Origin: Octopus sinensis
Lineage: Eukaryota
Assembly (NCBI RefSeq): GCF_006345805.1
Contig: NC_043023.1
Location: 7,750,001 to 7,814,000, forward strand
DNA length: 64,000 bases
Reading direction: 5' to 3'
Below, piece by piece: positions 52,669-64,000 of the stretch. The position numbers and the translations under genes are program-made. Below the pieces are notes generated by a model. It was given only the letters and a program-made list of their open reading frames with translations. It was not told the origin of the DNA and did no database searches. Numbering within the stretch: the first letter of the stretch is position 1; every line of letters starts with the position of its first letter.

Positions 52669-53040
52669 TGTGAGATAATAGTTTCACTTTAATAGTTTCA
52701 GTATTAAAGTGAAACTATCAAAGTGAAAGTATCTGACATTACAATAGAGAGATGCTATTGTTTTCACTTTTGACACGTAATACTGAAATATGGAGAAGAT
52801 ATGATATTGCTTTAGGCAAAAAGCAAAGTTTTTTTTTGCCCCATTACACTCCATGGACCCTAATAAGACACGTGAAAATTTGAATGAAATTGGTTTTGTT
52901 AGTCTCCTCAAGTTTTAGGGGTTCACACAGACTCAAAGACACACACAGACAGATACACAGACAGACACACAGACAGATACACAGACAGACACACAGACAG
53001 ATACACAGACAGACACACATCTCATCTTTATATCTTAGAT
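52312..53040. repeat. Tail-to-tail inverted pair of Helitron-like 5' fragments around a (TA)/(TATG)n spacer; third direct copy at ~53290-53618
   Basis: Each begins TC(TA)nAAA.ATGAGAATGT and ends ...AAAGTGAAACTATTATCTCA, followed by microsatellite. Confidence 0.85.
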
Positions 53041-53223
53041 AGAGTAGGCTTTGATGGAAATAGAACAGAAAACACGAATGTGTGTAATGTGGTAAAATCG
53101 TGTACCCATATATGCATGTGGTGTATGTATATATATATATATATATATATAATCAAAAAATATATATAGATATACTAATATATATATATATAATATATAT
53201 ATATATAATATATTTATATAAGC

Positions 53224-53254
<31 letters not shown>

Positions 53255-53313
53255 AGTAAATACATACATACATACATATATATTATATATCTTTATATAT
53301 ATAAAACTGAGAA

Positions 53314-53344
<31 letters not shown>

Positions 53345-53616
53345 CTGTCTGTGTGTTTCCCTAAAACTTGAGAACTACACAATCAATTTCATTCAAATTT
53401 TCACGTGTCTTACTTAGGGTCCATGTAGTGTCATAGGCTCCCCAAATGTTTAACTTCTTGCCTAGTGTGAGCCCACAACAATATCATATCTTCTCCACTA
53501 TTTCAGTATTACGTGTCAAAAGTGAAACAATAGCATCTCTCTATTGTAATGTCAGATACTTTCACTTTGATAGTTTCACTTTAATACTGAAACTATTAAA
53601 GTGAAACTATTATCTC

Positions 53617-53651
<35 letters not shown>

Positions 53652-53689
53652 TATATATGTATATATATATATGTATATATATATATAAT

Positions 53690-53724
<35 letters not shown>

Positions 53725-53725
53725 C

Positions 53726-53756
<31 letters not shown>

Positions 53757-54173
53757 CTATATATACTATATATATAATATATAATATATATATAATATAT
53801 ATCTATATATATATATATTATGTATGTATATATATGGCCGATGCCAGTGCCGCCTAGACTGGCTTCCGTGCCGTGGCACGTAAAACGCACCAATCTGATC
53901 ATGGCCGTTGCCAGCCTCGCCTGGCACCTGTGCAGGTGGCACATAAAAAGCACCCACTACACTCTTGGAGTGGTTGGCATTAGGAAGGGCATCTAGCTGT
54001 AGAAACACTGCCAGATCAGACTGGAACCTGGTGCAGCCTTTTGGCTGCCCAGATTCCTGCTCGAACCGTCCAACCCATGCTAGCATGGAGAACGGACGTT
54101 AAACGATGATGGTGATGATGATGATGTATATAATATATATATCGATATATATATATATACATATATATATATA

Positions 54174-54577
54174 GGCGCAGGAGTGGCTGTGTGGTAAGTA
54201 GCTTGCTACCAACCCATGTTCCGGTTCAGTCCCCACTGTGTGGCACCTTGGGCAAGTGTCTTCTGATATAGCCTCGGGCTGACCAAAGCCTTGTGAGTGG
54301 ATTTGGTAGACGGAAACTGAAAGAAGCCCGTCATATATATATATATGTATATGTGTGTGCGTATATGTTTGTGTGTCTGTGTTTGTCTCCCTAGCATTGC
54401 TTGACAACCGATGCTGGTGTGTTTATGTCCCCATCACTTAGCGGTTTGGCAATAGAGACCGGTAGAATAAGTACTGGGCTTACAAATAATAAGTCCCGGG
54501 GTCGAGTTGCTTGACTAAAGGCGGTGCTCCAGCATGGCCGCAGTCAACTGACTGAAACAAGTAAAAGAGTAAAGAGT
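54174..54577 (+). mobile_element. SINE-A, full length
   Basis: Family A consensus. Confidence 0.9.
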
Positions 54578-54801
54578 ATATATGTGTGTGTGTATACAAA
54601 TGTGTTTTTGTGTCTCTCTTCTATCTTTTTTCTTTCAAAAAAAAAACGTTTCTCCCAGCATTCACTATTATCCCCTCCTTCTGGTCTAATGACCCTCCAT
54701 GTTTGTTTTCATTCAGTTTCCTTGTATGTCTCCACTGTTATGTCTTGTCCAAACTTTGATCTTCCATAAATCCTAAATTTTATTTTAGAATTTAATGGAC
54801 C

Positions 54802-55182
54802 ATCCGAACACCATCCGAGCGTGATCGTTGTGATCGTTGCCAGAGCAGCCAACTGGCTTCTGTACCCGTGGCACGTAAAAGGGCACCATTCGAGCATGAT
54901 CGTTACCAACGTCACTTCACTGGCACCTGTGTTGGTGGCACATGTAAAAAGATTCGAGTGAGGTCATTGCCAGTACTGCCTGACTGGCCCCCATGCAGGT
55001 GGCACGTAAAAAGCACCCACTACACTCTCGGAGTGGTAGGCGTTAGGAAGGGCATCCAGCTGTAGAAACTCTGCCAGATAAGACTGGAGCCTAGTGCAGC
55101 CATCTGGTTGCCAGCCCTCAGTCAAAACCATCCAACCCATGCTGGCATGGAAAACGGACGTTAAACGATGATGATGATGATG
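54802..55182 (+). mobile_element. 5'-truncated family D retro-element with a target-site-duplication-like ATGG(G)ACC
   Basis: Flanked by ATGGACC (54795-801) and ATGGGACC (55183-90). The paralogous empty site has a single ATGGGACC at 56589-96. Confidence 0.8.
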
Positions 55183-55378
55183 ATGGGACCAACTGTCTTT
55201 GAAGAATCATATTGTCATTGAATGCTCGAAATGAAGAATAGACAGACATCTGACAACTGATGAAAGGGTCCTTTCTCAGTCCTGTTTCCCTTTTTTTCTT
55301 GTTTATGTATTTCACTCATTTTCCCCTAAAATTGTGTACCCATATATGCATGTGTGTATATATATATATATACATATA

Positions 55379-55619
55379 TATATAATATTAATTCGAGACA
55401 AAACCACTATTTTGCAAAACAAACAAGGAAAGACTTAATCAATACATAAAAATTTTAATATAAAGAAATAAACCGCCACTACAATCGTTTCATGTCTTCA
55501 AATGACATTCGTCAGGTGGATTTTCGATCTCCTAATCAGTTTTAATTTTTATGTATTGATTAAGTCTTTCCTTGTTTGTTTTGCAAAATAGTGGTTTTGT
55601 CTCGAATTAATATTATATA
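55379..55619. repeat. Perfect 76-bp inverted repeat with an 89-nt spacer
   Basis: Arms 55379-55454 and 55544-55619 are exact reverse complements. Confidence 0.95.
55476..55519 (-). ncRNA. Type I minimal hammerhead ribozyme motif
   Basis: The minus strand reads CCAC-CUGACGA-AUGUC(AUUUGAA)GACAU-GAAA-C(GAUU)G-UA^-GUGG. Stem I, the core, stem II, stem III and a GUA cleavage triplet are all present. Confidence 0.75.
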
Positions 55620-56062
55620 ATATTTTACTACAAAATTGGATTTAATCCTAAATCTGATTTTTTCCCTGTAAATTTGGATTTATTCCCTAATATTTATTAT
55701 TATACATATATATATATATATATATATATAAGTAAATAAAGATAGATATATATATTCTATATATATATTATTATATATATATATATATAAGTAAATAAAT
55801 GGAGTTGAACTGCAGGTGTTATTCAAATCTTTTACTTTCGACATATGTTTCGAAGACAACATTGGTTTTATTCCAAAGGAATAAACGGTGTAAAATAAAA
55901 TACTGCGCATTAACCAGAGTTTCTACCTTTGAATAGGTCGCTACATCCTTGTTACTTGCGTGAATTTTGCTACCCTGGGTAACTGTTTATTGAATTTTCC
56001 ATGTTAACGGCAAACAAAGGATAATTCATTCTATCCATATATTTATATATACTATATATATA

Positions 56063-56110
<48 letters not shown>

Positions 56111-56878
56111 CATATATATATATGTATATACATATATACATATTATATATATATATATATATATCTATATATATATATATATAATTTTATATATATATAT
56201 ATATTATATATATATATATACATATATATACATACACATATATATAACATATATATATATATAGATATATATATATATATATATATACATTACAAACACA
56301 CACAATATTAATATATATAATATATATATATATATATATAGATATATATACACATATTATATACATCCACATATATATATACATACACACACATATATAT
56401 ATATATACATAAATATATAAATATATATATATATATATATACTTTTCTCTTTTCAAAGGAAACATTTCTCCCAGCATTCACTATTTTCCTCTCCTTCTGG
56501 TCTAACAACCTTCCTTGTATGTCTCAACTGTACTGTTTTTGTTCCCAACTTTGACCCTCCATAAATCCTAAGTTGTATTTTAGAATTTATGGGACCTACA
56601 TTGTTGTTGAATGCTCGAAATGAGGAGTAGATAGACACCCAACAACTGATGAGGGGTCCTTTCTCTGTGCTTACTTGTCCTGTTTTCCATTTTTTTCTCC
56701 CCTTGTTTATATATTTAATTCTTTTGTTTACGTATTTCATGTTGTTTGCGCAGTTGGTGACGTCCTGTACCCATATATGCACATATATATAATATTTATT
56801 ATTATATTGTTAGCAACTACACACATTTTTCTCTCCTTTTTTCTCTCCTTTTTTTTCTCTCCTTGTTTTTTCTTGTCC

Positions 56879-56914
56879 CTTTCTGTAGAAGAGCGTAGGC
56901 TCGAAACGTAAAAG
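56879..56914 (+). ncRNA. Decayed minimal hammerhead motif (Penelope-like LTR fragment)
   Basis: CUUU-CUGUAGA-A-GAGC(GUAG)GCUC-GAAA-C-GUA-AAAG. Core position A6 is substituted. Confidence 0.45.
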
Positions 56915-57092
56915 ATTTTCTATTCCTGAGCGTTATAACTAATACATCTGTTGTTTTCTACACAACCGTTTCATCTTTTGTTATTTTCGTAAACTCTCCT
57001 AATATATGGATAATATATATATATATATATATAATATATAATATATATATTATACATACATGTATACATATATATACTTACATACATGTGTG

Positions 57093-57153
<61 letters not shown>

Positions 57154-57158
<5 letters not shown>

Positions 57159-59945
57159 CCTTAAAATAGCCCGAAGGCCGGCCATGCTGGGGCACCACCG
57201 CTGAATGAGCTACACTAGTTTGTGAATCCACCTCTGATACGTGGCACTTGATCAACAAGGGAGTTCGATGCTGCTGCCCGCATCCGTGTCTCCTGTCGTG
57301 AGGTAGGTCATCTGGGACTCCCAACAAGAAGAGATCCAGTTTAGTTTTAAAGAAACCCACATCCACACCATGTAAGTCTTTCAGGCATTTAGGGAGGATG
57401 TTAAAGAGCTGTGGTCCTCTGAAACCCAAGCTGTTGCAGTATCTGGACCTGTATTTTGATGGTGATGTTGGAATCCTTGGCACCACGCAGCGGCGCCCCG
57501 TTCTGCGGTTGGAGTAACTTTGAATGCCAAAGTTTGGGACAAGACCCTCCAGGATTTTCCAGATGTATATCACTGCATATCTCTCCCGCCTCCGCTCCAG
57601 GGAGAAGAGGTTTAATACCTTCAGTCTTTCCCAGTAGCTGACATTTTGCATTGAGACGATTTTCTTTGTGTAGCTTCTCTGAGTTGCTTCGAGTTCTGCT
57701 GTTTGTTTTATATTGTGTGGTGACCAAAGTTGGGAGCAGTAGTCCAAGCGGCTGAGGACAAATTTTCCATAGGACCATCAGTGTCTCCTTCTCTCTGTTC
57801 TGAAAGTTCGGAGAATCCATCCAGCTAGCCGTCTGCATTTTATCACCAGATTAGCAATATGCATTTGGAAAGATGCATCATTGCTCATGTCAATGCCCAG
57901 GTCACGCACTGATTTTGACTCAGGGATTGCAATTCTTCCTGGGCCAGTGTATCCAGTCTTCACGTCATTTACCTTTGTGTGCCAGTAGCGCAGGGCCTGG
58001 AACTTACCTGCATTAAACTGCATGTTGTTGTCCTCAGCCCACCTGTATATTGTGTCCAGCTCATGTTGCAGATGCGCAATATTTTCAGGGTTTTGTATTG
58101 CGTGGGAGACTTTTGTGTCATCTGCATAGCTAGCAAGGGTGGTCATCGTAGCAACTGAAGGCATGTCTGAAAGGGCCACTATGAACATCAGTGGCCCCAA
58201 GACAGTGCCCTGTGGGACACCGCTTGTTATTTGCGTTTCCCTGGAGGTGGCTCCATTGCTCACAACTGCCTGTTTTCTGTCTTTTAGGAAGTTGTGCAGC
58301 CACTCTCCAAGTTTCCCGCCTATGCCGAGACCACGCAGTTTGTGACAGATCATACCATGGTCGACTTTATCAAAGGCTTTTGCAAAGTCAAGATATATTA
58401 CATCCACATTTGAGCCATTTAGTAGCTGTTTCAACACCCAGTCATAGTGTTGCAGGAGCTGTGTTAGGCAGCCTCTACCTGGTCGAAATCCATGCTGGGT
58501 GTCAGACAGTAAGTCATTTTCTTCAAGGAACATGATTAGTTTCTTACGGACTATTCGTTCCATGACTTTGCTGATGTGTGAGGTCAGAGAGATAGGCCTA
58601 TAATTTTTAGCATCTGCTCTGCTACCTCCCTTATGGATAGGGCATATTACCCCCTCTTTCAGTTTGACTGGGAGCTTACCACTTGCAAGAAAGCTCTGAA
58701 AAAGAAGCTGTAGCGGTTTTGCAAGGGCTCGTTTGCACGATTTGAGAAGGATCGCTGGGAATCCATCAGGTCCAGCAGCTGAGTTGTGTCAATCTCATCA
58801 ATGGCTAGTGTGATATCATCTTCTTCGATGTTGATGTACTCAATTTTTGTCTCTTTGGTCGCTGGTAAAGTGGCAAAGAATTCTTCTGGGTTGTTTACTT
58901 GCCTGTGTCCTAGAGGTGTAGTGAACACACTTTGGAACTGTTCATTCAGTATTTCACTTATCCTCGTGGGATTTCCTGTGAGAGAGCCATCTTTTTGGAA
59001 GAGAGGTCCTATTCTCTGGTGCACTGTGGCTGTCTCTTTGGCAAACTTAAAGAAAGCTTTAGGGTTTGATTTATATTTTCTATTACCCAAGCTTCTTTAT
59101 CTGCTCTCTCCTTTTCATGGGACTGATGTAGACTTTTCTCAGTTTCCATTAGCATTCTTTCGAGCCGAGATCTCACCACTTTGGTGTGCTTGCTCAGGCG
59201 GTTTGCAATCCTTGTCCGTCGTCTCATAAGAATCCTCCTTTCTCTAGGGATCCTGTTTTTGTTCTTGTGTGTGCTGGCCCTGCACATTGGGACATATTTG
59301 TCACATATGGCTTGTATTATGGACATGAAGTGTTTGTGTTTCATGTTTATGTCCGTGTGTGGAGAGACATTCAGGCCAATCCTGTTTGAGGATCTCTTTC
59401 TCAATCGACTTCCAGTTGGCTTTATGAAAGTTTAAGTGGAGAGATGGTGGGTGCTTCGTATAGGCTGTGTCTGCGGGGGCTTTTGTTCCAACATAGACAG
59501 CTCTATTATGTTGTGATCCGAGATCATTGTCGGCATCACATTAACATTATGGATAATATCCATATGTTTGTAAAGCAGAGATCCAGTATTATCTGCCCTT
59601 GTGGTTGCAGAACTATTTGCTCCATGAAAGAGGTATTTGTGAGATGGAGCAGGGACTCCACCTGTGCCTGCTGATGGTGTTGTCATCCCTGGGAGCATCT
59701 GCCCCCCAGGCCATTCCACATTGGGGAGGTTAAAGTCACCCATGAAGAATACACTGTTGTGCTGTTTCAAGGTTGGTGAGGACTCCTCCTATTTTGTTAG
59801 GCAGTCTTCAAACATGCCTGAGTGTTTTGGGGCGCGTCTGGTGGGCGATATGTAGTGCATATGACGATATTCAGTTGTCTTATGTGTACAATTTGAGTTT
59901 CACATACTGAGTTTGAATATGACAGCAGGACCTGGGGCGTGAGGT
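57154..59945 (-). pseudogene. 5'-truncated, frameshifted CR1-type LINE (partial APE endonuclease plus RT)
   Basis: RT motifs QHGFRPGRGC, YLDFAKAFDKVDH, SGVPQGTVLGP and YADDTK; endonuclease remnants GDFNLP and SDHN; C-terminal LERRRERY. It is split over several frames and both ends sit in (TA)n. Confidence 0.93.
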
Positions 59946-59948
59946 CAT

Positions 59949-60011
<63 letters not shown>

Positions 60012-60234
60012 CCACACACACACATATATATATACTCACATACATGTATACATATTATATAGATATGTATATATATATGATATATATTATAGATATATAT
60101 ATATATATATTACATATATATACATATATATATACAACACACACACACAACATATTATATATATATATTACATGTATGTAAGTATATATTTATATATATA
60201 TTATATATATATATATACACACACAATACACACG

Positions 60235-60311
<77 letters not shown>

Positions 60312-60433
60312 CATACACACACACACATATATATATATATGTGTATACACACACACATATATTTACATATACACACACATATATCTACACGCAACAGCAG
60401 TCCGCACCTACGCATCCCTGCTTCCAGGTCCAG

Positions 60434-60556
60434 TGACGTCATCAAGCATCGACTGCTACGAAGTGCAGACTGCGCCTGCGCCTCGTCTGTTCTACGCAGC
60501 TTCACTTCCGGCCCAAGCGCTCCCGCTTCGCTTCATTTGTTGATTGGCAACCAATC
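60434..60556. promoter_or_regulatory. CpG-rich promoter-like island with CRE, NRF1-like, ETS and paired CCAAT motifs
   Basis: TGACGTCA 60434-41, TGCGCCTGCGC 60471-81, CACTTCCGG 60503-11, GATTGG 60542-47 and CCAATC 60551-56. Confidence 0.55.
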
Positions 60557-60561
60557 GGACC

Positions 60562-60687
60562 ATGTCGGTGTCCTTTTGGCCACTGCTGGCCGCCGCCTTG
60601 CTGTCTACATTGCTTACGTTCGCCGATGGACACGTCCGCTTTGTGTGCCCGAAGCCCAAAAGCCTGACTTCGTCTCTTTATCGTCGG
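60562..60687 (+). CDS. Exon 1 of a secreted protein with predicted mature N-terminal His (LPMO/His-brace-like)
   Basis: MSVSFWPLLAAALLSTLLTFADG|HVRFVCPKPKSLTSSLYRR, with a strong donor CGG|GTAAGT in phase 0, in a GC-rich unique island. Confidence 0.7.
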
Positions 60688-60923
60688 GTAAGTCTGTGTA
60701 TAAGTGTGTGTGCGTGCGTGCGTGTGTAGGTGTGTCTATGTTTGTGTACGCGCGCGCGTGTATATAGTTTTATCTCTGCGTATATATGCTTGTATGTATA
60801 TATGTATATCTGTTATATGCATGCATATATATATGTGTGTGTGTGAGTTTATCTGGGTTTGCATGTATACGTAAATATATGTGGGTGCGTATGTGTATGT
60901 ACATGATACTGTTTGTCCGTGTA

Positions 60924-60971
<48 letters not shown>

Positions 60972-61004
60972 CATATTTAAAATAGTATATATATAGAGAG
61001 AGAG

Positions 61005-61057
61005 AAAGAGAGATAGGTAGATAGATAGATAGAGATAGATAGATAGATAGATAGAAG

Positions 61058-61096
<39 letters not shown>

Positions 61097-61124
61097 GGGT
61101 AGATAGATAGATAAGTAGGTAGGT

Positions 61125-61164
<40 letters not shown>

Positions 61165-61256
61165 GGGTAGATAGATAGATAAGTAGGTAGGTAGAAAGAT
61201 AGATAGATAGATAGAAGGATAGATAGATAGATAGATAGATAAGTAGGTAGGTAGGT

Positions 61257-61326
<70 letters not shown>

Positions 61327-61355
61327 ACAGATAGATGGATAAATACATAGATAGA
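61005..61355. repeat. (GATA)n microsatellite
   Basis: Directly visible. Confidence 0.95.
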
Positions 61356-61412
61356 TGTGTGCGTTATTATTGTTGATATTGATATTGTCAAATATTGTTT
61401 ATACATCAACAG

Positions 61413-61500
61413 GTCCACTCCCATCAACCGTTCAGTCATTTCAAGGCTTTTAACTGGGACACTATATACACAATGTCTTCTTCTCCCTTTTTAAAGTCCG
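61413..61500 (+). CDS. Candidate exon 2 of the same gene
   Basis: CAACAG|GTC. Only the phase-0 frame is open ([30 protein letters not shown]). Possible donors lie after 61500 (GTAGAG) or 61505 (GTAAGA). Confidence 0.4.
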
Positions 61501-62719
61501 GTAGAGTAAGAAATAATTAGGGAGAGTGGGGTTTTGCTTCTATTTCTAGCACAGCCAACGACCAGTTATAGGCTCTGCCGTTCCGCGCAATCTGCTCTGT
61601 GTGTGTATATGTAACTTGTGGCTATGTATGTGTTTTGCTTCTGCTTTGTATGTGCGTGTGTGTGTTTTGTGTATCTATGTGTCTGTGTTGTGTGTGTGTT
61701 GTGAGTATGTTTTGTAATGTATCTGTGTGTATGTTGTACGTGTGGTTCTTAGGTCAGCCGCGACTGAGCAAGATATATGATCAGAAACAGTCCAGCCACG
61801 ACCATCACGGCTTTTTCTGTACCGAAGGACTATACAACCCCGTTTGTCCTTTCTTATGGCAAAGATCTAAAAGCGGTTTATTTTTACTTCTATTTCTAGC
61901 ACAGCTAACGACCATATATCGGCTTTTTCTCGAGTGTTATACGCAATCTGCTGTGATGTCCCCGTTGTTGTTGTTGTTGTTTAGCCAAGGTCAGCCCTTG
62001 ATTGAGTAGATCTATAATCAAAACAGTCCATCCGTGACCATCACGCCGTTTTTTGGAATATCTGGAATATATAGGCTTACAATATCTTGAGATTAATCAG
62101 TTGGCATCGTTGTTGTTCTTTAACCCCCAGGTCAAGCGTTGAATAGGTAGATCTGTGATCGAAAGCGCTACACTCGTGACCATCCCGTCTTTCTAGTGTT
62201 GATGTGGAACGAAGTGTGTTTGTGTTCATGCTGTGAAGCGGAGTGTGGCAGTGTTTACCGAGGACTGTATTATCTAATGTGTCCTTTCCTTTTAAGACGA
62301 ACGATGTAAATAAGTTGATCCGAGGGAATTTGGTTTCTGTTTCTAGTAAACAGAACGGCCACATAGAGACTGTATTGTTTAGCCCAAGTTCAGCACTGAT
62401 CGAACAGACTTACGATCATAAGCGTTCCAGATATGCCAATCCCGTCTCTCTGTCTATCTAGTACTATGTTCGGTATGTCCTTCCTTTTTCAAGACAGTAG
62501 GATGTGATTTGAGAGAGGTTTGCCTGTTATTTCTGGACACTAGCTTATTACGTAGAAGCTCTGGTCGCGCATACACTCGATCGAAGACGCTCTAGTCGTG
62601 ACCATCCTATCGTTTTAGCTAGATTTACAATATTGAATAGCTTTGTTTTGTTTTGTTTTTTAAGGCGGAGATGTGTTTTTGCTGCTATTTCTAGCATGTC
62701 AAGAGACCAGATAAAGACT

Positions 62720-63210
62720 TGAGTGGAGTGTACTAGTGATAAAAGCTTGAGTGGCGTGTACTAGTGTTGGATGGTGTGAAGTGGAGTGTGAGCATGTTGG
62801 GAAGTGGAGTGTGAAAGCATTGGTATTGTGGAGTGTAGCAGTGTTGGCATGTGTGGTGTGTGGCTGTTGTGGAGTGGAGTGTGGAAGTGTTGTGGAACAG
62901 AGTGTAGCAGTGTTGCTAAATATGGAATATGACAGTGTTGTAGAGTGGAGTGGAGTATAGCAGTGTTACTAAACGTGGAGTATGGTAATATTGTGGAGTG
63001 GAGCATAAGAGAGTTGGTGTTGCAGAGTGGAGTGTGATAGTCTGGGGTGTTGTGGAGTGTAGTATGGAAGTGTTGGTGTGGTGTGAAGTGTGGTTTTAGA
63101 AGTTTAGTGTAACAGTGCTGATATATATTTGGAGTGGAGTGTAGTATTGTTGGTGTCATAGAGTGGAGTGCAGTACTGTTGGTGATCTGGAGTGGAATGT
63201 GGTAGTTCAA
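62720..63210. repeat. GTGGAGTGT-type low-complexity tract
   Basis: Recurrent GTGGAGTG / GTGTTG words. Confidence 0.75.
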
Positions 63211-63499
63211 TAATCGATTATTGATCCTATTTGGGTTCTCATCTAGGATGTCAGCATCATCATCATCATCATTATGCAGTTGATTGAAGCAGATTCTCTA
63301 TTATCAGATATTAGTTCTTGTTCTTTGAAAGGTGGCTTCAGATGGTGTGGCATGGTGGGCCTCTGCCCTCAATGCTAGGCTGCTTTTGTTGTAATTTGAC
63401 ACATAAAGCAAATAACATATCTAAATATTGCGAAACTTTTGACTCAACACAATAATGAGATTGCTAATGAACTGCCATAATGCATCATTAACCCTTTTG

Positions 63500-64000
63500 G
63501 ATCTTTACCTTTTGACCGACAGATTTAAAAAATGATTTTTTGTAACTAAACACTTTCAGACTTCGGACACTGGTAGAATGTGTCGTATAAAACATCTTTT
63601 ACTCTTAACATTTTTGAGAAAATCTTATATTTACGAAGTAATTTCACATTAAAGTAGTCCTATTTCGGTAATTTCAACCAATCAATGACGTGTATTCAGC
63701 TGAATAAAATTACTGCTGTTGTTTGTCAACAACAACTTCCAGCGGTGTATATTTCTTTTTAACCCTAACCCTAAAACCTTAACCCTAACCCTAAGATCTT
63801 AACCCTAACCCTAAAACCCTAACCCTAACCCTAAAACCCTAACCCTAAAACCCTAACCCTAACACCTTAACCCTAACCCTAAAACCTTAAAGCTAAAAAC
63901 CAGTACAAATGCATGAACGATGTCATAAATAACAGTGACAAACGAAAAATACATCGCCGATAGTTGTTGTTGACAAACAACAGCAGTAATTTTATTCAGC
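63500..64000. mobile_element. Related TTAGGG-bearing MITE, running off the window end
   Basis: Starts GGATCTTTACCTTTTGACCG. (TAACCCTAACCCTAAAACCC)-type repeats lie at ~63760-63895, and inverted internal segments (CAGCAGTAATTTTATTCAGC) occur at the window end. Confidence 0.7.

Noticed and set aside
55257-55263. CTGATGA as another hammerhead core (also 56646-52 and ~23230)
   Set aside because: No stem II/GAAA/stem III arrangement could be built around these sites.
57154-59945. Intact autonomous LINE or domesticated RT gene
   Set aside because: Multiple frameshifts and a 5' truncation within the endonuclease make it a dead copy, although some indels could be assembly error.
63760-63895. Chromosome telomere
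   Set aside because: The TAACCC run is short, degenerate and embedded in a MITE family seen elsewhere in the window, and non-telomeric sequence follows.

Overview
This is eukaryotic, AT-rich, microsatellite-saturated genomic DNA with a 100-N scaffold gap at 6065-6164. The SINE families and repeat landscape point to an octopus (coleoid cephalopod) assembly; this is an inference from recognised repeat sequences, not a database hit. Most of the window is repetitive: a ~6 kb satellite, about 25 copies of one tRNA-derived SINE, several other SINE families, Helitron/piggyBac/hAT/other MITEs, a 5'-truncated CR1-type LINE, and RTE and Gypsy fragments. Three host protein-coding loci are supported, all on the + strand. 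(1) A three-exon secreted ZP-domain protein of about 357 aa (9605-9821, 12368-12822, 13789-14190). (2) An intronless 116-aa ParB/Sulfiredoxin-like ORF (29160-29510) preceded by a tight cluster of three STAT/GAS and two IRF-type motifs. (3) The first exon(s) of a secreted protein whose predicted mature N-terminus is His, resembling an LPMO/His-brace protein (60562-60687, possible exon 2 at 61413-61500/61505). There is also a complete type I hammerhead-ribozyme motif inside a perfect 76-bp inverted repeat (55379-55619), plus two decayed relatives. Almost all other ORFs in the supplied track are microsatellite or SINE artefacts. Repeat boundaries are approximate unless an exact junction is quoted.
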